A DNA stretch of 64,000 bases from an uncultured Alphaproteobacteria bacterium (GTDB lineage Bacteria; Pseudomonadota; Alphaproteobacteria; Rs-D84). The stretch lies in assembly GCA_944392815.1 (NCBI GenBank), contig CALXXY010000004.1, forward strand, positions 23,064 through 87,063. The letters are read 5' to 3'. A program made the position numbers and the translations under genes. This document shows, piece by piece, positions 47,756 through 57,322 of the stretch. The notes under the pieces are model-generated. The model was not told the origin of the DNA, ran no database searches, and saw only the letters and a list, made by a program, of their open reading frames with translations. Each line of letters opens with the position of its first letter. Position 1 is the first letter of the stretch.

Positions 47756-48775
47756 TTATTTATATGCCTCTACTATACTTTCGGCGGCATTTTCCAATTG
47801 CAACAGTGATGTTTCGTACGCGGCACAATCGCGCGCGATTTCAGATCTGTATGCGTCACGCATATTTGTTTGCATGTATGCACAACCCTGCAGGTGTTGC
47901 ACACAATATTGGTGCCCCATGGCAAATGCTTGTTGGCCGCGGACTGTGCTGGCCGTGCTGGCCCAGTCGATGTCCAGGGCATCTTCCAGATTGTGCCATG
48001 AATTTTCGCCGGTGTATTTAACTATTGTATCCTCCCAATATTCGTGCATTTCCTCGTCCGTCCAGTAATTTGTACTTTGCAGCGTCAGGATTTCTTTGAT
48101 TAATTGGTCTATTTTCGGTTTGTGTTTTGCGTCGATTTGCGCCAACTGAGAACTGCAATAGCAACGATTGTATTCTGCGTCCTGGCGCAGGCAATAATTA
48201 TCCATGCATTCGGTGTAGTCCGCCATGCAACGGGACGATGATATGGCCTCGCCCGTGGTGGTGTATGTGGCCGTTTGGTCGTTGCGTGAAACCGTCGTGC
48301 CGCCGTTTGTGCGCGATGCGCGATTGGCCGATTGGACGGCTGTGCCGGTTGTGGTGCCGGAACGTGCAGTGACGCGGCGCGTGGTGGTTGGCGTCGCCGC
48401 GCGGGCAGTTGTGGATTTGTTTGTCGCGCTGCGCGCCGCCGATGTTGTGCCAGCACGGGCGGTGGTCGATGTGTTTGTGCGGGCCGCCACACGGCGTGTG
48501 GTGGTGGCGTTTGCGGTCGTGGCGCGCCGTGGAACCACGTTGCGGGTTGTGGTGCCGTTTGATTTGGTGCGCGTCAAAACATTAATTTGCGCGTTTGATT
48601 GCGACGGACTGACCCCCGGATTTAAATTGGTGCGCATGGTGTTGTTCATATATGGGTATAAATTGTTATATGTGTTCGCACTGACGTAATCAGACGCACG
48701 GGCCGCGGCGCGCGCGTTTCCCGATATTGATATCAGGCCAATTATAACCGCCGAAAATATGAACTGTTTTACCAT
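47756..48775 (-). CDS. Secreted T/R/A-rich, Cys-motif protein (paralog of 942-4151)
   Basis: Start reassigned to MVKQF; CMADYTECMDNYC...RCYCS motif. Confidence 0.85.
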   Translation of the reverse strand: MVKQFIFSAVIIGLISISGNARAAARASDYVSANTYNNLYPYMNNTMRTNLNPGVSPSQSNAQINVLTRTKSNGTTTRNVVPRRATTANATTTRRVAARTNTSTTARAGTTSAARSATNKSTTARAATPTTTRRVTARSGTTTGTAVQSANRASRTNGGTTVSRNDQTATYTTTGEAISSSRCMADYTECMDNYCLRQDAEYNRCYCSSQLAQIDAKHKPKIDQLIKEILTLQSTNYWTDEEMHEYWEDTIVKYTGENSWHNLEDALDIDWASTASTVRGQQAFAMGHQYCVQHLQGCAYMQTNMRDAYRSEIARDCAAYETSLLQLENAAESIVEAYK

Positions 48776-48832
48776 CAATAGTATTGTAAAAATTTTAGTG
48801 GATTCAGACAAGCACAAAATGTATATAAATAT

Positions 48833-48860
48833 TTGCATTTATATAAAATGCTGTTATAAT
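48833..48860 (+). promoter_or_regulatory. tRNA-Pro promoter
   Basis: TTGCAT-N16-TATAAT with extended -10 (TGTTATAAT). Confidence 0.8.
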
Positions 48861-48870
48861 GGCGGTCATT

Positions 48871-48947
48871 CGGGGCGTAGCTCAGTCTGGTAGAGTGCTT
48901 GCTTTGGGAGCAAGATGTCGAAGGTTCGAATCCTTTCGCCCCGACCA
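48871..48947 (+). tRNA. tRNA-Pro(TGG)
   Basis: CGGGGCGTAGCTCAGTCTGGTAGAGTG-CTTGC-TTTGGGA-GCAAG-ATGTCGAAGGTTCGAATCCTTTCGCCCCG-ACCA. Confidence 0.97.
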
Positions 48948-48974
48948 GAAAATTCAAACCGTCGCATTTGCGGC
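48941..48974 (+). repeat. attL-like direct repeat (tRNA 3' end plus terminator)
   Basis: CCGACCAGAAAATTCAAACCGTCGCATTTGCGGC; 32/34 identical to 63967-64000; terminator hairpin 48956-48979. Confidence 0.88.
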
Positions 48975-49010
48975 GGTTTTAATTTTCTGTTTGGAACGTG
49001 CAGATTCAAA

Positions 49011-49134
49011 CGACAAACGGTCGTTTGTCGGGGGGCGAATCTTTCACTCGATTTATCACAAATATGTGATAAATCTGCGTGTATCCTCGTATTTATGCGA
49101 ACTGCGCTGGGCTTGTTCTTATATACTCGGATTC
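49011..49134. repeat. Palindromes plus a family A repeat copy
   Basis: CGACAAACG-GT-CGTTTGTCG (49011), GATTTATCACA-AATA-TGTGATAAATC (49050), A unit GTATCCTCGT...ATACTCGGATTC (49081-49134). Confidence 0.8.
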
Positions 49135-49326
49135 GCCCCGATTAAAATTTGCTGCTTGCGCCGAAAACGTGGGATTTTCTATTCAAAAATGCACGGTATG
49201 TGATTTTACAATTGCCAAATGCCCCCAATTTTCAGATATAACATACACTGGCAAATTTAGGACAGTCAATAGTATTGAAAAAAATAAGAAAATATCTACA
49301 TTTTAATAGAAAGAAAGGATTTGATT

Positions 49327-50139
49327 ATGACGGATAATTTACCAGAAGAAATAGAACAAGATAGCAAAGGTAAAAGAATAGCTAAGGCAGGACTTGATGT
49401 TTTGGCAGGTGCAATACCCTATGCCGGCGGGATTGTTTCTGCGATAAAGGGTGCATACCAGGATAAGCAACAAGAAAAAGCAAATGCTTTTTTATATAAT
49501 TGGATTTCAATGTTACAAGATGAAATGAAGGAAAAACAGCAGACGATTCTTGAAATTATGTCAAGATTAGATTTTCAAGATGAAAAAATTGCAGATAAAG
49601 TTTCTAGTACCGATTTTCAGTCATTATCAAAAAAAGCATTTCGTGAATGGGGGGCAGCCGAAAGTGAACAAAAGCGTATTTACATCAGAAATATACTTTC
49701 CAATACGGCTGCAGATACATCAGGGAGTTATAGCTATGATGTGGTCCGTATGTTCTTGGATTGGATAAAAACATATTCAGAGTTACATTTCAGAGTTGTT
49801 GAAGCCATTTATAATCAGCCGGAAGGTATTTCTCGTTTTGAAATATGGAATAAATTAGGTCGGCAACGGGTTAGAGAAGATTCCGCAGATGCAGATTTGT
49901 TTCGTTTGGTAATAAGAGATTTGTCTACAGGTGGAATAATTAGACAGCATCGTAATATTACAAGTGATGGTCAATTCATTAAGCAAAGGTCTGGTATTGG
50001 AAAAAGTTCTGCTTCGACACTGATGGAATCAGCATTTGAATCGAACAAGAAATATGAATTAACCAATTTGGGTAAGGACTTTGTACATTATGCGATGTCG
50101 GAACTTCCTATTAAGATAGAGTTTAAACCTGTTGATTAA
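49327..50139 (+). CDS. Hypothetical protein, possibly Abi-alpha/DUF4393-like
   Basis: N-terminal amphipathic helices (LAGAIPYAGGIVSA), FLDWIKTYSELHFRVV, wHTH-like end YELTNLGKDFV; AAAGGA RBS. Confidence 0.6.
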   Translation: MTDNLPEEIEQDSKGKRIAKAGLDVLAGAIPYAGGIVSAIKGAYQDKQQEKANAFLYNWISMLQDEMKEKQQTILEIMSRLDFQDEKIADKVSSTDFQSLSKKAFREWGAAESEQKRIYIRNILSNTAADTSGSYSYDVVRMFLDWIKTYSELHFRVVEAIYNQPEGISRFEIWNKLGRQRVREDSADADLFRLVIRDLSTGGIIRQHRNITSDGQFIKQRSGIGKSSASTLMESAFESNKKYELTNLGKDFVHYAMSELPIKIEFKPVD

Positions 50140-51770
50140 TTGATTTCATAAAACGCCTTTTCCTGCTCGTCGAAGTTTTCATATTTTTCTGCGATAAGGA
50201 ATAGTTCTTGTATGTTCGTATGATTATGTAATTCTCCGTTTAGAGCACTGTTTATGATCTTTGGCGACAAGTAAGCTAGGTTCAGATATTTATAAATTGT
50301 TCTCAGGTTGCGTTTTTCATCTCTGGCAATTTTCTTTATTCCGGCGCCACCTTCGTATAAGTTCTTATACCGCCAGGCTGTTGCAAATGCTTTTACTATC
50401 AGGTGGTTATTGTCGGTTATGCTAATAACTCCAGTCTTGGCGTCTTTATCAATACGCGTTGTTGCGTATTTACGTAGAATAACCGGAACGGTTATTATTA
50501 CTTCATCTTTGTTTGTTATAAAGTCCATTCGTTCGGTTGCTTCATTTATGTACACTTCACTGGTAAATTCTTGCCAACGCATCGGGTCAAGTGAGATATG
50601 AATTATCAGTTTCTCATTTGAATAAATAACTTTCTTTATGACGGATTGTATCAAGTTGCGCTTGGTATCGTATGTCATACTTGTCCAATCTATGCGTTTA
50701 ATTGCGTCTTTGGATTCAAGGGGCAGGGCGGACAAATCAGAATCCAGAAACTTTGTAAAAGTGCTCAGAACAATGGCGTCCAGTTGTGGTGCAGGCAGGT
50801 AAAATCCTTTGGACGCATAGTAATATTTTGTCTTTTGATTTTTACCTGAATTGCGTTGGTTCGTGAACTTAACACCTATATTATTGAACAGTTTGCCAGT
50901 CAAAAGGTTGGGCGAACGAAGGGCTTTTGATTTGTTATTCGTATTGTTTTGCAGGGCGTTTTGTACGGTGTTAAATAACTCATCTGATATGATTGGCTCG
51001 TGCGCACCACGGGCACGTGTTCCGTTTGCTTTGTGTGATATGAATCCGATATAAGTTTTAGCGCGCAGGATTCTGTGCATACTCATTTGTGTAATAGGCT
51101 TGCCACCACGCAAATCGCCACTGCGTGTTTGCCACTTCTTCGCCCAGATTCCATTTAGTTCTGCAAATTCAGTCAATGCGCTGACCGATTGAAATTCAAG
51201 GTATTGCTCAAACAAGGTCTTTACTTGTTGGGCTTCGGCTTCGTTTATAACCAGTTTTTTGTCTTTGATATCATAGCCCAACGGTGGAATGCCGCCCATC
51301 CATAAGCCTTTGGCTTTACTGGCGCGTATTTTATCACGTACTCGTTCGCTGGCGACTTCACGCTCAAACTGTGCAAATGATAATAACATATTCAATGTCA
51401 GCTTGCCCATAGAAGTACTGGTATCAAATGCTTGAGTAATGGACACAAAGTTGCAGTTATACTTATCAAAGTACTTCATCATATTGTGAAAGTCCAAGAT
51501 AGAGCGGGACAATCGGTCAACCTTGTACACGACAACAGTGTTTATTATGCCCTTGGCAATATCGGACAGCATTTCTTGCAGACCTGGGCGTTCCATTGTT
51601 CCACCAGATATACCACCGTCGCTGTAAGTTTTTGTATATTCCCAATTATTAAAGGCTTGCGATGAAATGTATGCTTTGCAAGATTGTTCTTGGTTATCCA
51701 AAGAGTTAAAAGCCTGTTCCAATCCATGTTCAGTAGATTTACGGACATACACTGCACATTTAATTATCAC
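50136..51770 (-). CDS. Large serine recombinase (integrase)
   Basis: AVYVRKST catalytic Ser, DGGISGGTMERPGL, DRLSR, FAQFERE, GGIPPLGY, YIG...GAHEPII. Confidence 0.95.
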   Translation of the reverse strand: MIIKCAVYVRKSTEHGLEQAFNSLDNQEQSCKAYISSQAFNNWEYTKTYSDGGISGGTMERPGLQEMLSDIAKGIINTVVVYKVDRLSRSILDFHNMMKYFDKYNCNFVSITQAFDTSTSMGKLTLNMLLSFAQFEREVASERVRDKIRASKAKGLWMGGIPPLGYDIKDKKLVINEAEAQQVKTLFEQYLEFQSVSALTEFAELNGIWAKKWQTRSGDLRGGKPITQMSMHRILRAKTYIGFISHKANGTRARGAHEPIISDELFNTVQNALQNNTNNKSKALRSPNLLTGKLFNNIGVKFTNQRNSGKNQKTKYYYASKGFYLPAPQLDAIVLSTFTKFLDSDLSALPLESKDAIKRIDWTSMTYDTKRNLIQSVIKKVIYSNEKLIIHISLDPMRWQEFTSEVYINEATERMDFITNKDEVIITVPVILRKYATTRIDKDAKTGVISITDNNHLIVKAFATAWRYKNLYEGGAGIKKIARDEKRNLRTIYKYLNLAYLSPKIINSALNGELHNHTNIQELFLIAEKYENFDEQEKAFYEIN

Positions 51771-52206
51771 GCTTTTTCCTTTTGTTTAATCCGAAGAAGT
51801 CGGGGCCAGATATTTTTATTCCGGTTATTTCTTTGGCAACGGCGGACAAGGTCGGAAAGATTTTGTCGTTGTATAAAAATGTTTTGTCTTCTTGAACCAA
51901 GATTTTGTGGTCTATGCCACGAAATGTTCTGGTGATTGTTGTCCCTGGGCTCAGGTTGTATCTATGTTGGTATACCACACTAGCGCATTCTGCTGGATCG
52001 GCTTTGTACTTTTTTAGTTTGTTCAGATATTTTGTTTCCAGATGAATGTGTGAAGTTTTGCATTGCATGTAATACCATAAAGCGCGCATTTGGCGCTTAA
52101 AAGGGTGGGGCGAATACCGTGCCCATAAACGCGCACGCTCATCTTGTGATAACGCTTTTAACTTTTCAAATGTTTTGGGTAAAATCTCTTTAACTTTCCG
52201 TTGCAT
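51760..52206 (-). CDS. DUF2924 family protein
   Basis: LSPGTTITRTFRG..H...TLSAVAKEITG...SGPDFFGL; start MQRKVK with AAGGA RBS. Confidence 0.85.
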   Translation of the reverse strand: MQRKVKEILPKTFEKLKALSQDERARLWARYSPHPFKRQMRALWYYMQCKTSHIHLETKYLNKLKKYKADPAECASVVYQHRYNLSPGTTITRTFRGIDHKILVQEDKTFLYNDKIFPTLSAVAKEITGIKISGPDFFGLNKRKKRDN

Positions 52207-52375
52207 TATTGTTTCCTTTTTGTCGCAGATGCTGCATAGCAATATCAACTAACATACGTAGAATACGCAGGTTGTGATATAGGTCTTTGTTGGTAATTTC
52301 CGGCATACGCCCGAATGGATTGCCGGAAGTGCCGATATGGAATCTGGTCGTTTTAGGCGGATTTTTGTATGGCAT
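52190..52375 (-). CDS. DUF5681-like small protein
   Basis: YKNPPKTTRFHIGTSGNPFGR matches the recalled YG.PP..TRF.KG.SGNP.GR pattern. Confidence 0.7.
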   Translation of the reverse strand: MPYKNPPKTTRFHIGTSGNPFGRMPEITNKDLYHNLRILRMLVDIAMQHLRQKGNNNATES

Positions 52376-52569
52376 TATTCAACCTCAAACCATTTCATAA
52401 CAGTGACAAGCAGGTGTGGGTAGTCTGCACTGGTGGCCTCGGTCAAGAATTCAGACCATTTGTCTTCTTTGCCGGCAAGGGTTAGGGCATTTTTACACCG
52501 TGCAAGGATAGCAAAAGCATTACCATCACGATTGGTTAAATAAACCTTTATGTCAGGGTATTTATGCAT
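52375..52569 (-). CDS. Small conserved phage/ICE-type hypothetical protein
   Basis: DGNAFAIL...F..EA.S.DY.HLL pattern; AAGGAG RBS; TAATG coupling to next gene. Confidence 0.7.
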   Translation of the reverse strand: MHKYPDIKVYLTNRDGNAFAILARCKNALTLAGKEDKWSEFLTEATSADYPHLLVTVMKWFEVE

Positions 52570-52640
52570 GTTGGACTCCTTTGTTTTTACTATGTTTTTA
52601 AGTTTGTCCAATTACTGCTTGGAAAGCGCCGAAAGTCAAG

Positions 52641-52853
52641 TTAAATAGATTTATTTTTATATACTGCGGTCAGTTGGGTAATTTTGCGGTGAAGGCGACG
52701 TAATAATATTCTGTCGCGACAGGGCAGGTAGCCACCATTACGGCGTCTAATACGATGCTCCATTTTATTCAAAATGCGACAAGCGCAATAATAAAGCATA
52801 TTGCAGGTAGAAACTTTGTTTGGCTTGATGACTTCATAAGATTTATACTTCAT
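52641..52853 (-). CDS. Small basic hypothetical protein (70 aa)
   Basis: Start MKYKSY with AAGGG RBS; the longer ORF-track start overlaps the divergent gene. Confidence 0.5.
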   Translation of the reverse strand: MKYKSYEVIKPNKVSTCNMLYYCACRILNKMEHRIRRRNGGYLPCRDRILLRRLHRKITQLTAVYKNKSI

Positions 52854-52998
52854 GCGACAACCCTTTTTATTAGTTGTCACATTTATGCTTACTATCTCGC
52901 CTTTGTCCTGTCCTTTGTCAATATGGTTTAATAGGTTAAAAAAGTCTTGCGGTATTTTATGTTTATTTTCTATACTTGAATAAAGCAATGGGGGGACG

Positions 52999-53937
52999 GT
53001 GCGTTTTATAGCTTTATTTTTAATGTTTTTACCTTTTACTGCCATGGCAGAGGTGTTGCCATTGTATGATGCACTACGTGGAACATATACTGCGTGCGTT
53101 GGTATTGATGAAGAACTGGCAGATTTAAAGAAAAAGGCAGGTATAAATACAGCGGTGACCGTTGTTGGAACGGCTACAGGTGTTGGAGCAACGGTTACTG
53201 GGGTAGTAAAGTCTTCTAAAGACAGTAAAATAGAATCGCTGGAGATTAAGCTAGAACAGCTGAGAGAAATAGAAAGTAAAAATCAGCAACAAGAAAGTGT
53301 AGAAAATAATTTTGATGCTTTTGCGTCAGAATTTGAGACGTCATATTCATCTATTGCACAACAGCTAAAAGATTATCAATCAGAGATAGACAAATTAACC
53401 GAGCAATCTAAAAATTTAGGTAATTGGCGTACAGGTTTATTGGCAGGTAGTACAGCGACGAATATAGCAGGTGCAGCGATATCTGGAACTAACAAAGTAA
53501 GTGCCGGCTTAAAAGAGCAGATAAATAGTTGTATATCAGCGGTTGATACGTTACAACAATCAATGATGCAGGCGCGATTAAATGGTGAAGATATAACGGA
53601 AGCGCAAAGAATAGTAGAAGCGTGTAAAGAATATGAATATGTAGATACATCAAAGATAGACAACAGGGCAAAAGGTGCAATGATATCTTCTGTTGTTGGG
53701 GCTACGACAGGATTAGCTGGTACGATAACATCAGCGACAGCAAATACTGACAAAACGCGTAATGATAATACAGCTTCAGGTAATCAGAAAGAAAAGAACT
53801 TAAATACGGCTTCAAATGTTTTATCTGGTGTAACGACGGTCGCATCAGCGACGGCTACGGGATTTAATGCAGCGCAGATATCAGCTATAAAGAAGGTTGC
53901 GGAAGTAGCGGAAAAATGCACGGGGGTACTGAAATGA
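52999..53937 (+). CDS. Secreted protein with G/A/T-rich hydrophobic hairpins and coiled coil
   Basis: Signal peptide; segments such as GINTAVTVVGTATGVGATVTGVV and GAMISSVVGATTGLAGTITSA; ATGA-coupled to next gene. Confidence 0.85.
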   Translation: MRFIALFLMFLPFTAMAEVLPLYDALRGTYTACVGIDEELADLKKKAGINTAVTVVGTATGVGATVTGVVKSSKDSKIESLEIKLEQLREIESKNQQQESVENNFDAFASEFETSYSSIAQQLKDYQSEIDKLTEQSKNLGNWRTGLLAGSTATNIAGAAISGTNKVSAGLKEQINSCISAVDTLQQSMMQARLNGEDITEAQRIVEACKEYEYVDTSKIDNRAKGAMISSVVGATTGLAGTITSATANTDKTRNDNTASGNQKEKNLNTASNVLSGVTTVASATATGFNAAQISAIKKVAEVAEKCTGVLK

Positions 53938-56900
53938 AAAGACTTCTGGTAGCATTTTTTATGATTTTAATAGTTGTTCCTTCCTATGCAGAAAACTGGA
54001 TAAGGTTTAAGAGTGAAGTTGTTGAAAAGGCAATAAATCAACTGGTGGCCAGTGAAAGACGTCAGGCTGCCGCGGATGAGTATCAGAAAAATATGGATCA
54101 AACGAATGGGAAAATATCTGTTACAGGTATATATAAAGTATGTATAGCATCTGGTTTTAATATACAGACAAATGATGGTTATAACCTATGCCGGAATTTT
54201 CTGAACTTTATGATGTCTGAATCAAAATTTGGGACAGGGAGCGCGACACAACAAAATTGTGCTAATAAGTTTAATGGTATTTGGACATTAAGTGCGGATG
54301 GGAATAAGTATCAATGTGTTGGACGTGATGGTTATGAATTGGTGTATAAGAGGTCATGTAGCGGTGCAGGAGGGGAGTGTATAAAACAATTTGCTGATTT
54401 GCAAACCCAGGGGTCAAACGGTCGTGAATTTATAAATGCATATGGAAAATTACATGGCCTGAATTTGACGTGCCATTCTGTTACAGAAACCAGACGCAGT
54501 GTTGCCAATCCATTGGGCCAAGATTATATAAAATGCAGTGCCGGTGGTCGGGCATACGAATTTGAATTTGATGATTTAAATCAGACCCCCGGCGACAAAT
54601 CGTCCCACAGTGAAAATACTGCGATATGCGAATTATACGGTGGCAAAATAGTTGACACCGGTGACAAGAATACAGAATCCATTTGGCAGTCTTGCGATAT
54701 ATCCAGTGAATTGTGTAATGGTGCTGTTGCTGATTTGGCAATGCGTACGGGACATACAGTTCAATATCAGGGTTATTGCCGTTTATCACGGAAAGCAAAG
54801 GTGGTTTCTGTTGTTGACTTGCACCAGATAGATGGCATAGACAGTCGTATATTTTATAATGCTGGGGCCCAGATGCGCATGGATACGGCAAAGCCGATGG
54901 TTGAAGAGTATTTGCGTACCCAATTCCCAAATGAAACATATATCGTATGCGATACCAATCCACGGGAATTAAACCGGGGGTTGGGGGTGGATATTGATTA
55001 TGTAATGTCGTGCACGGTTGGCGCGCAACGTGTTGATTTTGTATTTGATGATTTAAGTGAAAGTTTTGATTCCGATGCCGCAACCGGCATGGACATAATG
55101 CAATGTATTATAAATGGTGGCACGTTTAAAGGGGAAAGTTGTCGTGGTCCAACGAAGGAAGAATGTGAAAAATTGGATGCCGTATTACGCTCCAAAGGAT
55201 CTGATAAAGGAGCAAGATATGATGATGAAGCTCGTGCGTGTATATTGGGTAATGCAGAAGCTACGTATAAACGTGATGTTAGGGTTGGGTATGTTACAGG
55301 CGCAGTTGTGATTGTTGGCGGGGCGCTTGTTACAATTGGCACTGGTGGCGCTGCGGGACCTGTGGTGGTAAACGGTGTAGCTATGTTGGCTGGTGACATC
55401 GCGATAAACTATGCAATAGATGCAAATCATCAGCGTTTAACGAACAAAGCAGCAAAGAAGTTTGTAAATTTTGTGACTGATGCGGACGCGTGTACAACTG
55501 AACAGTGTGCACTAGATGTGTTGGAAAAGCATTATGCGACATTATCTGGCGTTATGATTGATTTGAATACTGATGACCAAGCGGTTGTTGATGAAACAAT
55601 GGACAAGTTGATAGGATTAATAAAGACCGAATTTGTTGCGTGTGGCAAGGATGATTCAGGCAAGACGATTTATGCGAGTCCGGCAGATTGTGCAATGCAA
55701 CAATCGCATCTAAAATTGATGGATTATATTGACCCGGTGTCTGAACCTGTTTTGATTATAGGAAGTATTGCATATAACCCAGGTTATGTAACAAACAAAT
55801 TTATGAAACTCAAAAAAGTCAGCAAATTGGCAAAATTTAATGATACGACGGATGCAGCAGTTGTCGCAGGCAGCAAAATAAAGAACCCAAAACAATGGAA
55901 GCCCGGCGAAGATGTTGCAGAATATATGGATGTTGAAAAGTTACAGTCAAAATTTGATGATATTGACAAACGGCATGCGGCTTATTTGGATGAATTGAAA
56001 CAGCGTAAAGAGAATTTGGAACAACTGAAATATAGCACACCTGCACAAACTGATGAACAAAAGGCACTAGCGAATGTTGCTTTTGATGAGTATGAAAAAC
56101 GACTAACACAGTTGGTAGAGAAAAATATGGATGAGTCGGCAGAGTATAACAAAGTAAAAGATGAAATCAGTTCATACAGAACCCAAATAAAAAATGAACA
56201 CCGAGCAGAGCTTGATAAATTAGAGACAAATGGTGATTATGTTGCATATATTTCGAAGTTTGAAGAATATGAAACTGATTTGTCCAAATCCTCTCCAGAA
56301 TTTGCGGCATTACTAAAAAGAGAAGAAGAGCTTGGTGCCAAATATGAAAAAACAAAGGAAATAATAGAATCATCATCTGACGACGTTGATTTACTACGAT
56401 TAAAACAAGAATATCAGACAGCCTCTAATGCAAAATCTCCTGCATACGAAGCTGTTCTAAATGAACAAGCATTTGTTGATGAGTTGATTCTTGATACAGA
56501 GAGAACAATAGGCGATGAAAAAAATGTTGCGTTATGGGATGCAATACCAAATGAAATCAAACAAAAATTGCCAGAAATTCGCGATAACGAAATTGTAGAA
56601 ATCCTAGCAAAAGACGACATGCTAACACATTATGTAAACAATTTTGACGAGGTTAGTAAAAACACAGAGTTGTATGATGATTTTTTGTCTCGTATAGCTC
56701 ATGGTTTCAATGGCAAACACAATATGTCAACCCCGGTCTCAATAAGCACATATAACAACCCTCATGCGCCACTGACGGGGGGACAAGCTGTAGGAAGTAA
56801 CATTCAATTCAACTCCGCCAGAAGTAATTATGTCGATTTAGATGGCACGATAGGAGTCGTAAAACATGAGGTAGGACATGTTATAGATAAGTATGCGCCA

Positions 56901-57209
56901 AACGATGGAATAATAGGCGAAACCTTACAAGCTATGGATACATGGACTTCACACGGAAATTACGACGAGCATTTTACAGTGGCGATTTCTCCATCTGGAT
57001 TAAACAGTTTTAGCGTTGGGGGAATTACTCCAGAGCAAACCAAATTATTAGAAACTGAAGGTTGGAAAATTATGGAAACAACAGATATAGATACTTATAC
57101 CAAATATAGAGCAAAACCAACTGAAAAAAGCTCATGGTCTATTACACCCACTTCTAACATCAAACAAAAGGTAAATTCGTATCGTGAGGCTAATGGCGTT
57201 ACGAAATAA
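53934..57209 (+). CDS. Large secreted multidomain protein with C-terminal HExxH zincin motif
   Basis: Signal peptide, two DY..C..G....F.FDDL repeats, TM hairpin, coiled coil, VKHEVGH. Confidence 0.85.
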   Translation: MKRLLVAFFMILIVVPSYAENWIRFKSEVVEKAINQLVASERRQAAADEYQKNMDQTNGKISVTGIYKVCIASGFNIQTNDGYNLCRNFLNFMMSESKFGTGSATQQNCANKFNGIWTLSADGNKYQCVGRDGYELVYKRSCSGAGGECIKQFADLQTQGSNGREFINAYGKLHGLNLTCHSVTETRRSVANPLGQDYIKCSAGGRAYEFEFDDLNQTPGDKSSHSENTAICELYGGKIVDTGDKNTESIWQSCDISSELCNGAVADLAMRTGHTVQYQGYCRLSRKAKVVSVVDLHQIDGIDSRIFYNAGAQMRMDTAKPMVEEYLRTQFPNETYIVCDTNPRELNRGLGVDIDYVMSCTVGAQRVDFVFDDLSESFDSDAATGMDIMQCIINGGTFKGESCRGPTKEECEKLDAVLRSKGSDKGARYDDEARACILGNAEATYKRDVRVGYVTGAVVIVGGALVTIGTGGAAGPVVVNGVAMLAGDIAINYAIDANHQRLTNKAAKKFVNFVTDADACTTEQCALDVLEKHYATLSGVMIDLNTDDQAVVDETMDKLIGLIKTEFVACGKDDSGKTIYASPADCAMQQSHLKLMDYIDPVSEPVLIIGSIAYNPGYVTNKFMKLKKVSKLAKFNDTTDAAVVAGSKIKNPKQWKPGEDVAEYMDVEKLQSKFDDIDKRHAAYLDELKQRKENLEQLKYSTPAQTDEQKALANVAFDEYEKRLTQLVEKNMDESAEYNKVKDEISSYRTQIKNEHRAELDKLETNGDYVAYISKFEEYETDLSKSSPEFAALLKREEELGAKYEKTKEIIESSSDDVDLLRLKQEYQTASNAKSPAYEAVLNEQAFVDELILDTERTIGDEKNVALWDAIPNEIKQKLPEIRDNEIVEILAKDDMLTHYVNNFDEVSKNTELYDDFLSRIAHGFNGKHNMSTPVSISTYNNPHAPLTGGQAVGSNIQFNSARSNYVDLDGTIGVVKHEVGHVIDKYAPNDGIIGETLQAMDTWTSHGNYDEHFTVAISPSGLNSFSVGGITPEQTKLLETEGWKIMETTDIDTYTKYRAKPTEKSSWSITPTSNIKQKVNSYREANGVTK

Positions 57210-57322
57210 AAACATTGTACTACAGTCCATGGCAAGAAATGATGCACAACAAATCATTGAACGTCGTGCCGAGATGCAGTAAGTATGAAGCAATATATTC
57301 CCTATACGGTATGTACGAATTA

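Noticed and set aside
52375-52853. Small genes as anti-CRISPR/aca
   Set aside because: No recognisable Acr or HTH-aca features; they sit in the recombinase operon
52854-53045. Extended N-terminus of ORF 52641-53045
   Set aside because: Overlaps the divergent 52999 gene and its RBS; a better RBS precedes ATG 52853
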